Assembly: GCA_964016885.1 (NCBI GenBank)
Contig: OZ024741.1
Location: 2,418,001-2,482,000 of the forward strand
Reading direction: 5' to 3'
DNA from: Eledone cirrhosa
Lineage: Eukaryota
DNA: 64,000 nt
In this document: positions 27,517-41,434 of the stretch, in pieces
Position numbering within the stretch: the stretch's first letter is position 1
How the letters are laid out: each line of letters starts with the position of its first letter
Translations under genes and position numbers: made by a program
The notes under the pieces: generated by a model
Databases searched by the model: none
Told to the model about the DNA's origin: nothing
What the model saw: only the letters and a program-made list of their open reading frames with translations

Positions 27517-27550
27517 CTTCTGATCAAGGACTAGTGTCCGAAACGTTAAG
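27517..27550 (+). ncRNA. Degenerate minimal hammerhead (family E)
   Basis: ctt-CTGATCA-aggac-tagt-gtcc-GAAAC-GTT-aag. Confidence 0.65.
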
Positions 27551-27643
27551 TCTCTCTTCCTATTATTTCAAGCGTTAAACTTATATATTTCTTCCATGTA
27601 CTGTGTCGTTTGTTTTGTTATAGTTATTTCTGTTTACCTTTTA

Positions 27644-27687
<44 letters not shown>

Positions 27688-27692
27688 CAAAT

Positions 27693-27774
<82 letters not shown>

Positions 27775-28451
27775 CATTGTAGAATATATTTCGTCAAACC
27801 TTCAATTTTAATGTTTACAACTTTGTCACAATGTTGGAAATATAAATGAATTACATTAATCTAACTTTTATAACACATACCGTCTGTACCTGGCTTCAAA
27901 GTCGCTACATGGGCCCAGGGTATGTAAAGTCAAAGACGAGTTTGTAAACATCTGACATCCCATTACTAAAAAAAGGAAGAAAGAACCGCTTAACCCTCTC
28001 GAATTTCGGGAGGAATTAAAACTCCGTCTCGTTCTTGTCTAGTGTTAATAGCTGCTACCAGAATTAATATTTTCTACATATTTAATCAAGAATGCGTTCA
28101 ATAATACAGATTAGTGAAAACTTCACATATAATCAAATATGTTGCTTCTCTTAAGATTTATAACTATGTTTTTACACATATTTATACCTGATATCTATAT
28201 AATATTTATATTATTATATATATTTCATATATGGTTAAATTAGCAAACGTTGACAATAAGGTCACAGGAAAATTTAAAAAGGTATTGCCAAGTTATTTTT
28301 ATAATCACAAAATATTTAGTTAAAATGAGATAACCTTATGGCGAAGGGCCCCCATGTTAACATGGTTGCACCTGCTATAGTAAACTGCTTATTAACAGTT
28401 TCACCACTTTAACATTATGAGTATTTTCATCTACCTGGAAATTCTGTGCCG

Positions 28452-28603
28452 TGGCGGCGAATTGACAGAATCGTTGAAACACCTGATAGAATGACTTGCG
28501 GTATTTGTTCAGACTCTCTCAGTTCAATTCCCACTGAAGACAATTTTGATTTTCATCATTCGAAGTCGATAGAAAAAGTAGCAGTCCAGTACCGAGGTCG
28601 ATT
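28452..28603 (+). mobile_element. Old SINE copy
   Basis: tRNA-like head (GAATTGACAGAATCGTT..GTTCAATTCCC) plus a degenerate TTTCATC..GTCGATA domain. Confidence 0.6.
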
Positions 28604-28934
28604 CTTCCTCTATATCACTTTCTCCCTTCGCACCTCGCCCCCCTCTCTCTCTCTCGAGAAGAAGAAGAAGAAGAAATAAGATGTATTCGGCCTTACACCA
28701 GCAATACCATCAACATTACCATCAACATCAACAACACTGTCACGGGTCGTTGTAAAAGAAATTCCAATGTATGAATCGCAATGTAAAGATGATTCATATT
28801 AGTAATGCACACGTCTCACTCCACCTCACATTATGTAGGCATACATATTGCACGTGCGTGTGTGTGTATGTGTATGTGTATGTATATATATATATATATA
28901 TATTGCACGTGTGGGCGTGTGTATGTGTGTGTTT

Positions 28935-28984
<50 letters not shown>

Positions 28985-30079
28985 CCGGAAAATGTTAAAA
29001 TATACAGAAAGTGTATAGCGACAATGTCTTGGTCCTTATCTTGCAGGCATTCACACATACACACATACATATACATACACACACACACACATACATACAT
29101 ACATACACACACAGACATGCATACACACACAGACACATACACAGACATACATACATACAGATATAGACAGATACACACATCTAAATAATTTTACAACTAT
29201 ATAGTTTCTCAACTGACTAATCACCAATAGATGCTCCATCTCCTCTTCCTACTCCCCACCATCTCTAAATCACCACACCCCTATCTCTAAACCACCTCAC
29301 CCCCACCTTTAAACCACCTCACCCCCACCTTTAAACCACCACACTGGTCCTTACCCCCCCCTCTACCTCTAAACCACCACACTGGTCCTTACCAACCCCA
29401 TTCTCAACACCCTTATATTCTTATACGGTGTCTGTGATGGCGGCTTTGCTATATTCTTCATGCTAGAATGATGGAGTGACCCACTCTCTGAGTCATCTCT
29501 CGAAACCTTCGTTGAGCCGTTCGGACAATGAGTCAACCATTTCCTTATTAGCTGCCACTGATCAACTATTACCGTGAAGAATACATCCCAAACCAGGAAC
29601 TTCTCCTTCTCTTCCCACAAGTCTTCGTTTCTCTACATCGTCATTTATCTCCCTCTTTCTTGTCTTCAATTATTTCAATCTCCATTTGTATTTCTATCTC
29701 AAAACCACACACCAATCTATCGACTTACCAACCGACTTTCCTATCAATCCATATATCAATCTACCTATCTACGTAACTGCCAGTCAACCTATCTGTCTAT
29801 CAATCTATCTGTATATCCATATATCTGTCTATCAATCTATCTGTATATTCGTCCATCCCAATACCTATCCATTTATTAATCTATCTATTAATATATGTAT
29901 TACTATCTATCCCTCTTGCTATCTAGTTACCTTTCTACCTACCTCTTATCTATCTATCTACCTACCTACCTATGTATCTATCTACCTATCTATCATCACG
30001 ATTTTTCACGCCAAAACATACGAAACATGTAGATAGATAGATAATAAATAAATAGATAAATAGATAGATAGATAGATAA

Positions 30080-30551
30080 ATTTCTTTATTAGCCACAAGG
30101 GCACAAAAGAAGGGGACAAATACAAATGGGGAGTTTACATACAGGTATATGGAAATAAAACTATTAATAAAATAACAAATAACAATTGAAATCCCCAATA
30201 GGGGAGGTGTTACACAGGGGTTGTACACACCCCGAAAAAATGTACAACCCTCATCTCCAGGAGCACCAAGAGTGAGTACTCCCTTCCTCTCTTCCTCTTT
30301 TTCCTCAACCTACAGGCTTATATAGAGAGAAGACCCAACCACTCGGGCCATCTTTGCCACTTTCACCCACCTTTTATAAAACTTGCTGGGGTACAGCACC
30401 TCTCTCTCCATCCTGATTCTTCTTCCAAAATGATATTTGAAAAAACGAATCAGTTGCTCGCCGGAGAGAAAGGTGTCTGACCTCAGCCCTTTCAACCTCG
30501 TCCACCATATAACCTCTTTCACCATAGCCATAACACATAGGAAAACCGCCT
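30080..30551 (-). mobile_element. Tx1 3' end inserted in (GATA)n
   Basis: ORF 30310-30531 MAMVKEVIWWTRLKG; TAGA repeats on both flanks. Confidence 0.92.
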
Positions 30552-30912
30552 TAGATAGATAGATAGATCAGGAACGAAAAATGTTAGGAAATAAAGAAGA
30601 AAGAAGAAAAATGGAAACTAAGAAACAAAAAGGAAAAAGAGAAGAATATATAAGAAAAATACAAAAATAATATAAAGAAAGGCAGAATTGTCCAAGATGG
30701 CGGAATTCTGCTAGGACGAACAATAATGTTACACTGGCCAGTTTTATGCCCGATCAGCAAATGACGTCACTGGTTTTGTAGATAATATGTACACATGTCA
30801 AACTGAGAATGATAGAATGCCAGAATAGCAGACTTGCTGAATGAGAGAATAGCCACGAGTAGTAATACATTAGGTAATGATGTGTGTATAAGGTAATGGA
30901 ATAGGAATATGT

Positions 30913-30950
<38 letters not shown>

Positions 30951-31008
30951 TGAGTGTGTGTGTGAGTGAGTGTGTGTGTGAGTGAGTGTGTGAAGAAGGT
31001 GTCTGTAA

Positions 31009-31066
<58 letters not shown>

Positions 31067-31478
31067 TAAAGGTGAGTGTAAATGTATGAGTGTGTGTATA
31101 TGTGAATGTGTGTGTGAAGGTGAGTGTACGCGTGTGTGCTTGTATGTGTGTGTGTAAGTAGAAAGAATTACTGAGCTGGCGCAGAGATTACGCAGATACG
31201 CCTTCTGCATGAAAACCAAGTAGTTATGGAGGTGTGAGTATGGGGAGGCTGACATACTTAATGAAAGCTAAACAAATATTTAATTAATTAAAATTGATGA
31301 CAAAAGTCTTATAAAGATGGTCAATGAAGATAATCTGAAATCTAAATTAATTTAGAATTGTCCACGCAGTGTAGAGCCCTACTTTTACAAGGGCAACAAC
31401 TCCGGCTATATTTTGAAGTCATTTGAGTTCTTCAGCGAAGCATTGTCATATTAGTTCTAACCAAATTCTGTTTGAGGT

Positions 31479-31986
<508 letters not shown>

Positions 31987-32113
31987 ATATATATATATAT
32001 ATATATAATGAATAAAGTTAATATGTCTAAGGGTACTAGCTACCCCCAGAAATACATAGGTTGTCTATGATTCAAGGTGGTTCGATGGTATTAATTTGAT
32101 ATACCAGAACTTA

Positions 32114-32597
32114 ATATCAAGATAAGCAGAACAAGTAAAATTCAACCAATTTTTCAAAATAAATCAAAATTAATTTAAAATCAAAATTAATTAAAATATA
32201 ATATAAACAAATCTGTTGTTTTATTTAGCTGCTATTTTTTTTTTTCAGTAGCAACTATAGACAACAAGTCTATGGTTTCCCGCCTTCACTTCAGTCCGGC
32301 GCACATACGGGTCACTTTTACGATCTTTCAGGCCTGTGTTAGCTGGCGAAGAGGTCATATATTTTATCGTTCCTGGGTTTTTAACCATAGGAAAGGAAAA
32401 TGCTTCTCTGATGATCTTTGTTTTTTCCATTAATATCCATAGGATATCTAATGTTTTTCAAAGTGAAACTGTACAGTAAGGGCCATCTGAATAGGTAAAT
32501 ATTTATATTATATTTTTTAATTTTAATTAATTTTGATTTTAAATTAATTTTGATTTATTTTGAAAAATTGGTTGAATTTTACTTGTTCTGCTTATCT

Positions 32598-32602
<5 letters not shown>
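32114..32602. repeat. Inverted repeat (~95 bp arms, ~300 bp spacer), probably a PLE-type fold-back
   Basis: 32114-32208 is reverse-complementary to 32502-32602. Confidence 0.75.
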
Positions 32603-32635
<33 letters not shown>

Positions 32636-32759
32636 CGTTTCTGAATTTGTTTAGCAGGATTCTTTATCTGAAAACGTGTGTTGAAACCGATATTGTTATA
32701 CTTTGGGAGGGTCATGTTGCCAATAAGAAACACACGCACCAGTTGCTTGCACTCCAATT

Positions 32760-32841
<82 letters not shown>

Positions 32842-33206
32842 GATCTTTGTTTTATAGTATTATGGCTGTCAATATTCATTAAATAGTGATGGAAAGACTT
32901 AATGAAGCCGAAACGTGTACAGATTTGTATCTCGGCTTACTAAAACTTAAACACCCTCCCTAGTATATTGCTCTAAAATTTTAAAATAATTTTGATTTTT
33001 TTAGTCATTAGGGCTGAAAATCAGACACACAATGACTAAGAGATGGAGGGATGGTCATAAATGGTTCGTCTTTATTCACGAGCATTCTCGGCCAGCCAAA
33101 GCGGACTTCAAGCTAAACCCTATTATCTAGATGCTTCACTTTGGTGGAAGCTTTTATAAATCCTTTTCCATTTTCTTATTTTTGGATACAGGTGAGTTTC
33201 TATGGT

Positions 33207-33572
33207 AGATAAGAATGCTACAGCAATTGAAACTATATTTAGTGCAACAATTATACAATTATCTATTCTTTCGGATTAAAGGAAAAATAATCTTTAAAGA
33301 TACTTCTGTACATTTTCACCTTCACTTAAATATATATATAAAGTGTAAAGTTCTATGTATATAGTCCACCCGGCCGATTAACCCACTCGATATGCAAATT
33401 GGGCTACTCAGCCGTTAATATGCATAAGGTAAGTATATACGTTCAACAATCTGGCAGGAAGGTATACGTTGCTGACGATATCTAATAAGCTTGAAACTAG
33501 TACAGCGTTCCTTTGTCAGTGTTGAACAAACGAGCAACGATGGTTGCTAGACACTACGGCTTAATTTTTTTC

Positions 33573-33619
<47 letters not shown>

Positions 33620-33752
33620 AATATATTTTAAATTGAAGGTGAAAATGAACAGAAATATCTTTAAAGATTATTTTTTCTTTAATCCGAAAGAATAAATAAT
33701 TGTATAATTGTTGCACTAAATATAGTTTCGATTGCTGTAGCATTCTTATCTC
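33207..33752. repeat. Inverted repeat (~130 bp arms) enclosing a family F hammerhead unit
   Basis: 33207-33335 vs 33620-33752. Confidence 0.8.
33467..33507 (+). ncRNA. Minimal hammerhead ribozyme (family F)
   Basis: cgttg-CTGACGA-tatctaataagctt-GAAAC-ta-GTA-cagcg; homologue at 39713-39753 (-). Confidence 0.75.
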
Positions 33753-33872
33753 ATATTAGATATCAAATATTAAACTTTTCTAATTCTCCTTAAGTAAACC
33801 AGCTGTTTATTGTCCCCATACATATGCGACGCACGCACCCACACACACATATATATACATACATACATATAG

Positions 33873-33951
<79 letters not shown>

Positions 33952-34387
33952 TATATTTATATATAATTCAACAATTAAAATCAAGACGGAATAACAACCT
34001 AATAATGATATACATTAGTTTAACGCTTGATATGGTAGAATAATTGTCATAACGATTCGGACGTTAGTCATTCACCAGAAAAACAATTGAATAAGACAAG
34101 AGAAATATACAGACAAGAAGAAAAAGACAATGGGAAATTATATGTGTGTGGGGTGGGGTGGGGGGTGATTACATAACTGACAGCTCCTAGACTTTTATAT
34201 TTATCAGTAAAAACGCTAGAGATTCTTTATGTAATAATTGTTATTGCATAAAACAAGCCAGCAACATCGTCACTATTCTCATCATAAGTAATAACTACAA
34301 CAACCTCTAACATAGGCAGGAACTCATCATATGCAATAAACTGGCAGATATACAAAAGAAAATAACAACAACAATAATGATAATAAT

Positions 34388-34572
34388 AATTGTTTCTACT
34401 TTTTGCACAAGGCCAGCAATTACCCAGTGCATTACTGGTACTTTATTTTATCGACCCCGGAAGGATGAAAGGCAATGTCAACCTCGGCGGGATTTGAACT
34501 CAGATCGTAAAGGGACGTAACTATGCTGGACTGCATGGCGTCCGACCCTCTACCTATACTGCCAATCCACCG
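34388..34572 (-). mobile_element. Near full-length tRNA-derived SINE
   Basis: Reverse complement of the 55190-55425 unit, including a B-box-like GAGTTCAAATCCC. Confidence 0.85.
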
Positions 34573-34850
34573 AATGATTTCAATTATTAGTCACAAGGGC
34601 CGACATGTAGGGGACAATACAAAGACAGGGACAGTGGGGGTTTACAATAAGGTAGAGTAAAAGTGCACAATGGCAAGACTAATTTAACAATGAAGATATA
34701 AAAAATATAAAATAAACTATGCATAAATATAACAAAATAAATTCCCCGATAGGGGGTGCACGACCCTGGGGTGACTCGGGTACCCCACCAATCCTGAACC
34801 ACCCTGCACTTCTAGGGCACCCAGGGAGAGCACCCCTCTCCTCAAGTTAG

Positions 34851-37176
34851 CTAGCCTATAGGCGCATGGTCAGAGTAGGCCCATTCACACGAGCCATTCT
34901 CATTCACCCACCTTTTAGCAAATGTACTGGGGGGCAGCACTTCTCTCTCCACCCTCACCTTCCTTTCCAGGTGAAACTTGAAGAAGTTGATGAGGGATTG
35001 GCCGAAGAGAAAAGTGTCTGTCTTCAGTACTTTTAATCTGGTCCACCATATAACCTCTTTCGCAACTGCCACCAGACAGAGGAAAATTTCCTGCTCTTCC
35101 TGACCTAAGGAAAGCGGCGGATCGATCTTCACTATGGACTCGGCCGATAGACGGATTCGTTCCACACGCGACAGTAGCTGTTCAACATATCTCCACAAGT
35201 CAGTAATGCACGGACATTGGACAAGTGCGTGCAGAACGGTTTCGGCGTTCTGTGCGCATCTTGGGCAGGTCCGTCTGACTGCACTTCCGTGCCTGTAGAG
35301 TTTATCCCGAACCGGCAGTGCCCCCCGGTAGCACTGCCAAACGAAGGATTTCTGGAAATTGTCCATCGTCCCCAGCTCGAAATTCCTCCGGTATAGACTG
35401 GTCAGTTCGACTTCGTCAGGGCCCAAAGCTTCTCCGAGTGCGTCATCGCACTTGCCCACCACTAATCCTCTATAGAACTCGAGAGTGGAAGTTCCACTGA
35501 TCGCATTGCCCGCTTGGTAGAGGGCAGTGAGTGCCTGGAAACATTCCAGGTGCCAGTCACCCAGTCTCGGTCTCTTCTTGACCCAGGACTGCAGCTCAGT
35601 CAAAGAAAGGAGCTGCGGAAAGGCCCGTCTGATAAACGGCGACCACACCTGTTCACCGTTTAGGCAAAATATTTGGAGATGTCTCAGCCTCAACGCATGT
35701 CTGCGCATCATTAACCATGGCATACCCAGCCCCCCGCGTAGAGGGTGCTGGCTGCAGATGGACCGCCTCACCAACGGAACTTGTCCCCTCCACAAGAATT
35801 TGAAGAGGAGCCGTTCCAACTTGACGAGGCGCGGACGGGGGAAAGGCACGACGGTCAGGCAGTAGTAGATGACGGATGCGATGTACGCATTCACCACCTC
35901 CGCGCGACCTTTCAATGATAGCTTCCTCCCAGCCCATTTTTGGGTGAGACTGGCTACTCTGCTTGTTACCTCGTCCCAATTCTTTTCCACCTGGAAGGCT
36001 GGTCCGAACCAAACGCCGAGCAACTTTACCGGTTCGTCCGTCCAGCGCCCCCCGACGATGCTGGACGGCATGGGCTTGCCTCTCCAGGTTCCGAGCTGCA
36101 AGCCCACCGACTTTTCCGGGTTAAGTTTGGCTCCTGTCAACCTTTCATATTCCTTCAATAAGGTGCCGACCACCTCGATTTCTGAGGTGTCCGACACCAT
36201 CACGGTGATGTCGTCCGCATAAGCCGACACCGCCTTTCCACGTCCCGGTTCGAGCGGGATGCCTTGCAAGAGCTCCAGCTTCCACAGTAAAGGCTCGAGA
36301 GTCAATACGTACAGAAGGGAAGAGAGAGGGCACTCTTGATGGACCAATCAGGAGAGCCGAAATGGTTCCGAGAGGTGGCCATTAACCTTGACCACCAAAC
36401 GTGTGCCGCTGTGCATTGCAACGATCCAGCTTCTGAAGACAGGGCCGAAACCAGCTGCTTTGAGGACAAACTCCAGATACCGATGGTCGACCCTATCGAA
36501 TGCTTTCGATTGATCTAATTGATCAGTACCCCACCTAAGCCAGGTTTACACCGTACCCTCTCTATGATGTATCGCATGAGGTGGAGATTGTCGTGTATGG
36601 ACCTGGCTGGGATTTCGCAAGTTTGCGCTTCCCCAACCAAATCCTCGACGACAAGCGCCAACCTCTTTGCAAACACCTTGGCCAAAATCTTAAACTCTGT
36701 GTTGAGCAGAGTTATGGGCCTGGAGTTGTATAATGTATCCCTCTTGTTCACGTATTTCCTTATCAACGTCACCACTCCCCTGTTCACAGAACTGGGAATA
36801 CTCCCATTCTGCTGCCAGTTGCAGTAGAGTGCTTCGAGGAGATCGGAGAACAAGTCTGGCATATTTACGTAAAGCTCGTAGGGTAGGCCATCCAAACCGG
36901 GTGACTTGCGCCTCATGCAGCCGACAAGGGCGTCCTGAATTTCGGCTGAAGTAATCGGCCTTCGCAGCGTTCAGCGTCGACCGTCGAGATGCGCGGCAAG
37001 CCGTCAAGGTAGGGACTGAAATCCGCTACTCTCTCTGATTCGCCACTCTCCCCGAACAACCGAGCAAAGTGCTGGCGAAAGGCCTCACACACCCGCCTGG
37101 AATCGCTTATCTCGTGTCCGTCTTGGTCCGCCAAAAACCGAATTGTGGTTTTATTACCACGCTGCGCCTCCGCCAC
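34851..37176 (-). pseudogene. Tx1 ORF2 reverse transcriptase and CCHC C-terminus (frameshifted)
   Basis: KSPGLDGLPYE, RPITLLNTEFKILAK, QECPLS, AYADD and CPRC..H..C split over several ORFs. Confidence 0.9.
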
Positions 37177-37289
37177 GCGGGCCCATCGAACAGCTTTGGT
37201 TCCCTCGTTTTTCAGCGCACGCGCCTTAGCTCTGACAATGCAACCTTAGTGTTTGGCATTGAAGAAATGGTCTAATGCCATTCTCGCCG

Positions 37290-38270
37290 CTAGCACGTCA
37301 GTTGCAATGCACTACAAATAGCCTCGTCTAACTTATCTACCAGCTCCCCCTCCTTTCTATTTTTCTCTAACGCTAGTTCTTTGCTGAACTCTATCGAAGT
37401 TACTCTAATCTCTCTTTTGAGAGCCACCCACCATCTGTTGTTGATGATCCCCCCTGTCAACTTTTGCTTAACTAAATTGTTGACTCGGTCCCTGTAAGCC
37501 TTACGTGCCGGAAATGACATGTTCAGCTTCCAGTAACCCGGTCCTAACCTACGCGTTTTATTTAGGTCGACCGTACAGATCACAAATTTGTGATCTGAAT
37601 AGGCGACCGTTTTAAAAAGTGGACAGCCCACACTATTTCTATCTATTTTCCTAATGAAGATCCTGTCTACATACGATCTAGATGACCCCATTCGGTTGGT
37701 CCATGTCCATACTGGCACATTGGGGAAATCTAGTCGATACCTGTCAGACAGTTGGAACTGGCTGAGTAGGTGCTTGAGGCTTTTGCACCCCCCGCTCCTA
37801 TCGGCTACTCCCACACAATCCCAGCGTGCGTCTAAGATGCCATTCCAGTCCCCCGCTAACAGTAAAGGGCGAGACGTACCCAGCAAGGTCTCCAGGCGCC
37901 TAAAGAAGTCAGGTCGTCCGGCCCCTGTAGGGGCGTAGACGGCCAGCAGTCTAAAGGCACCACCTTCGCTACTGCTCACATCCAAGACCACCAACTTACC
38001 GTCCGGGTCCCGGAAGATCGACCTTACCTCGAGATCCAGTCCTTTCCTAAACAGCACTGCCACCCCACCCCGCATTCCCGTCCTGCTAACAGATGCGAAG
38101 ATCTGATAGTCGTCGAAAATGGGGGCTAGTGCGCGCGTGTCGGAAATTCTGGTCTCGCTTACGGCAATCACATCCATTTCCAGCGACCGGAAGTCGTTGA
38201 GCAGGCGACCCTGCTTCCAGGGTGACCCCAGGCCGCGAACATTTAAACTTCCTACTCTTAATATGGCCAT
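37290..38270 (-). pseudogene. Tx1 ORF2 APE-like endonuclease domain
   Basis: SLNVRGL, VSETR, VYAP, LAGDWN, SYVDRIF, YSDHK, GPGYWKLN motifs. Confidence 0.9.
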
Positions 38271-38647
38271 ATTGGTAAGCTAAGAGAGAGAGAGGGAAGG
38301 TTTACTTACCTCCCGGGTCTTGTGAAGGTCGGGTGGTTCGACCTCCATGGTTGGTGGGGTTTCTTTTGGGAACCCCTTTAAAAGTCTTGATGTGGGTTTC
38401 ACATTCGGGGTTCCCACGTCTTGAGGAAAGCTCTCTCGAATTTCTTTGAAGGAATTGAGTGACATTCGGACCAGAAGCAAATCTTCTGGCACGCAAAATG
38501 TGCTCATTTCAAAAATCTCCCCCTCTGTTTGAATGTCCTTGCTTCGCGCTAAGAGGGCCATCAGTTTATCGTTGGCCCTTCTGACAAGCACGAAGTTTTT
38601 AACATTTTGTTGGTGTGGTTTTATTTGTTTTCGTTTTGGTGACTGTG

Positions 38648-38678
<31 letters not shown>

Positions 38679-39199
38679 GACCAGGCGAGACAGAGAGAGA
38701 GAGAGAGAGACAGCGACAGCACTCTGACCAATTTAGCCATCAGCTTATGATCAACTGAAATCCTATTCTATATTGTAAGGCTTGTCATGAAGAACTGGGA
38801 TCAGAACAAACAAAGAAGAAAGAAAAAATTCAAATAAAAATAACAGCAACAACAACAACAACAATATAGACAACCAACACTGGTAACAACAACGACAAGG
38901 TGAACAACAATATAAACGACAACACAACCAACAACAATATCCCCAGCCTCATGCTAAAGATGGTGCGACTTTGTCATGGAGACAATCTGCTTAAAGTTAT
39001 CTGGCACAAGTTGAGTGATGAAAATAATAAATCTTACATCCGCCATTCTACTATACATATTTCTGGGCCGCCCTCATTCTACTATACATATTTCTGGCCT
39101 CACACTCTTATCACCTCTTAAAATGATAAAATAATTGAGATATTTTGTATTACCGGCCACACATTAAACCTAAAGTCTTGTATCACTCTATATATATAT

Positions 39200-39392
39200 A
39201 TTGGAAAATGTGTGAGATCCTTGGTACAGTTAGGTATATTTGTCAAAAAGGGAAAGAATGACTTCACCTCTAGTTCTAAATAATTTGATTTAATTTTATA
39301 ATATAATATTATAAGACAAACTCATAATATTATAATATTATAAAATTAAATCAAATTATTTAGAACTACAGGTGAAGTCATTGTTTCCCTTT
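39200..39392. repeat. ~145 bp AT-rich fold-back (39246-39392) with a short unique left extension, within TA tracts
   Basis: aaagggaaagaatgacttcacct... mirrored by ...aggtgaagtcattgtttcccttt. Confidence 0.8.
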
Positions 39393-39419
39393 GTTTTCAA
39401 ATATATATATATATATATA

Positions 39420-39549
39420 TGGAAAAGAATGAAACGAAATTTCATTTCTCACTCTTAGCACGGCTGATACTTAAGTGTAAGTATGTATGTATACGTACAT
39501 ACATATATGTATACAGACGTACAGTAGTATGTATATATATACATACATG

Positions 39550-39593
<44 letters not shown>

Positions 39594-40050
39594 TATGCGT
39601 TTACCGAACATTTATTATAATGTTCAGTTTGTTTGTAAACAAACAGCCCGAATTACGCCGTACAGTGTTCAGGCAACCATCGTCGCCTTTTTGCTCAACA
39701 CTGACACAGGAACGATGTACTAGTTTCAAGCTTATTAGCTATCGTCAGGACCGTATACCTTCCTGTCAGATGGTTGAACGTCAGAAAGTATATACTTTCT
39801 TTATGCACATTAACGGCTGAGTAGCCTAATTTGCATATCGAGTGAGTTAGTCGGCCGGGCGCACAGAAAACGATGAATGGAAAGGAATGAAACGAAATTT
39901 CATTTCTCACTCTTAATACGGCTGATACTTAAGTGTAAGTATGTATGTACACGTACATACATATATGTATACAGACGTTCAGTAGTATGTATATATATAC
40001 ATACATGCACACATATATATATGTACGTATGGGTTTACCGAACATTTATA
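39420..40050. repeat. Two ~180-200 bp direct repeats flanking a family F hammerhead unit (core 39713-39753, minus)
   Basis: 39420-39617 resembles 39879-40050; third copy at 43190-43340; CTGACGA-tagct-aata-agctt-GAAAC-ta-GTA. Confidence 0.75.
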
Positions 40051-40093
40051 TATATATATATAAACATGAGACATGTATACACATATGTAGTTA

Positions 40094-40191
<98 letters not shown>

Positions 40192-40492
40192 GTATTTGTT
40201 TTGCAATACTTTTTGCCTGAGAACGTCTGTTGAAACATATTATACTTTCTCTGAGCAAAACCAAGATGGTGTAGGACAGAACAAAGGAGAGATACAACAT
40301 AACAAATTAGTCACTAATGAGGCTGGGAGTGCGTGGTTCTAATGAACGTCAACCAGCGTGAAACAGACTGTCAACCACTCTCCATCTTTCGCCTAAAATA
40401 AGTGACATAGTCACTACTTTAAAACTAATAGCGTATGGTCTTCTAAATGTTTTTAATTAAACATACTGTATATTGCCAAATATATTATACAT

Positions 40493-40530
<38 letters not shown>

Positions 40531-40675
40531 TTCTCCGAGGGTTATAAACCCCACTATCAGGCTAGAAATTTCTTTAGTCAAAAATACGGTGAAAGCTTAT
40601 ATTTTCTAATTTCTAATTTCAAACTCGCGCACCGTTTCAAAAACATACTTACATGTTTACGTTTATAATTTGCTT

Positions 40676-40751
<76 letters not shown>

Positions 40752-40892
40752 AAGCAAATATATAAAGAGAGCGAGAGAGAGACACACACATACACACACA
40801 CACACACACATATATATATACACACACACACATACACACATACACACACACACATACACCCATACACACACATATATATGTGTGTGTTTGTG

Positions 40893-41030
40893 TATCCCGG
40901 GTTGAATCGGGGGCAACCACAGTAAGTGAGGTACTCAATACATAGCAGAGTATAAATATTTAATATAGAAATGGCTTCTACAGGACTAGAAGTGTTTCAT
41001 TCGGAGTAAATCATCAGGAAAGCGCTTTCC
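40893..41030 (-). mobile_element. PLE pLTR-like unit (family B) with hammerhead 40973-41023
   Basis: ttc-CTGATGA-tttactccgaat-GAAAC-ac..ctGTA-gaa; tail hairpin 40932-40952. Confidence 0.8.
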
Positions 41031-41434
41031 GGTGGTGGTGGTGGTGGTGGTAGTGTCGGTGGTGGTGGTGGTGTCAGTGGTGGTGGTGGTAGTCTCAGTG
41101 GTGGTGGTGGTGGTGGTAGTGTCAGTGGTGGTGGTTGGTGGTGTCAGTGGTGGTGGTGGTGGTGGTGGTAGTGTCAGTGGTGGTGGTGGTGTCAGTGGTG
41201 GTGGTGGTGTCAGTGGTGGTGGTGGTGGTGGTAGTGTCAGTGGTGGTGGTGGTGGTAGTGTCAGTGGTGGTGGTGGTGGTGGTGGTAGTGTCAGTGGTGG
41301 TGGTGGTGGTGGTGGTAGTGTCAGTGGTGGTGTCAGTCAATGGTGGTGGTGGTGGTGGTAGTGTCAGTGGTGATGTCAGTCAATGGTGGTGGTGGTGGTG
41401 GTGGTGGTGGTAGTGTCAGTGGTGGTGTCAGTCA
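41031..41434. repeat. (GGT)n-GTCA minisatellite
   Basis: Direct reading. Confidence 0.92.

Larger units (their letters stand above)
34585..38650 (-). mobile_element. Longest Tx1 LINE copy: ORF1 3' end plus a complete but frameshifted ORF2
   Basis: APE endonuclease, RT and zinc knuckle occur in order; flanked by AAT repeats. Confidence 0.93.

Noticed and set aside
29369-29640. Unique, moderately GC-rich stretch as a possible host exon
   Set aside because: No recognisable protein motif or convincing splice-site pair
32895-32925. TTAATGA-agcc-GAAACGTGTAC hammerhead-like string
   Set aside because: Core is mutated and there is no supportable stem I or II
41032-41413. Gly/Val/Thr-rich ORFs
   Set aside because: (GGT)n minisatellite with no splice or domain evidence
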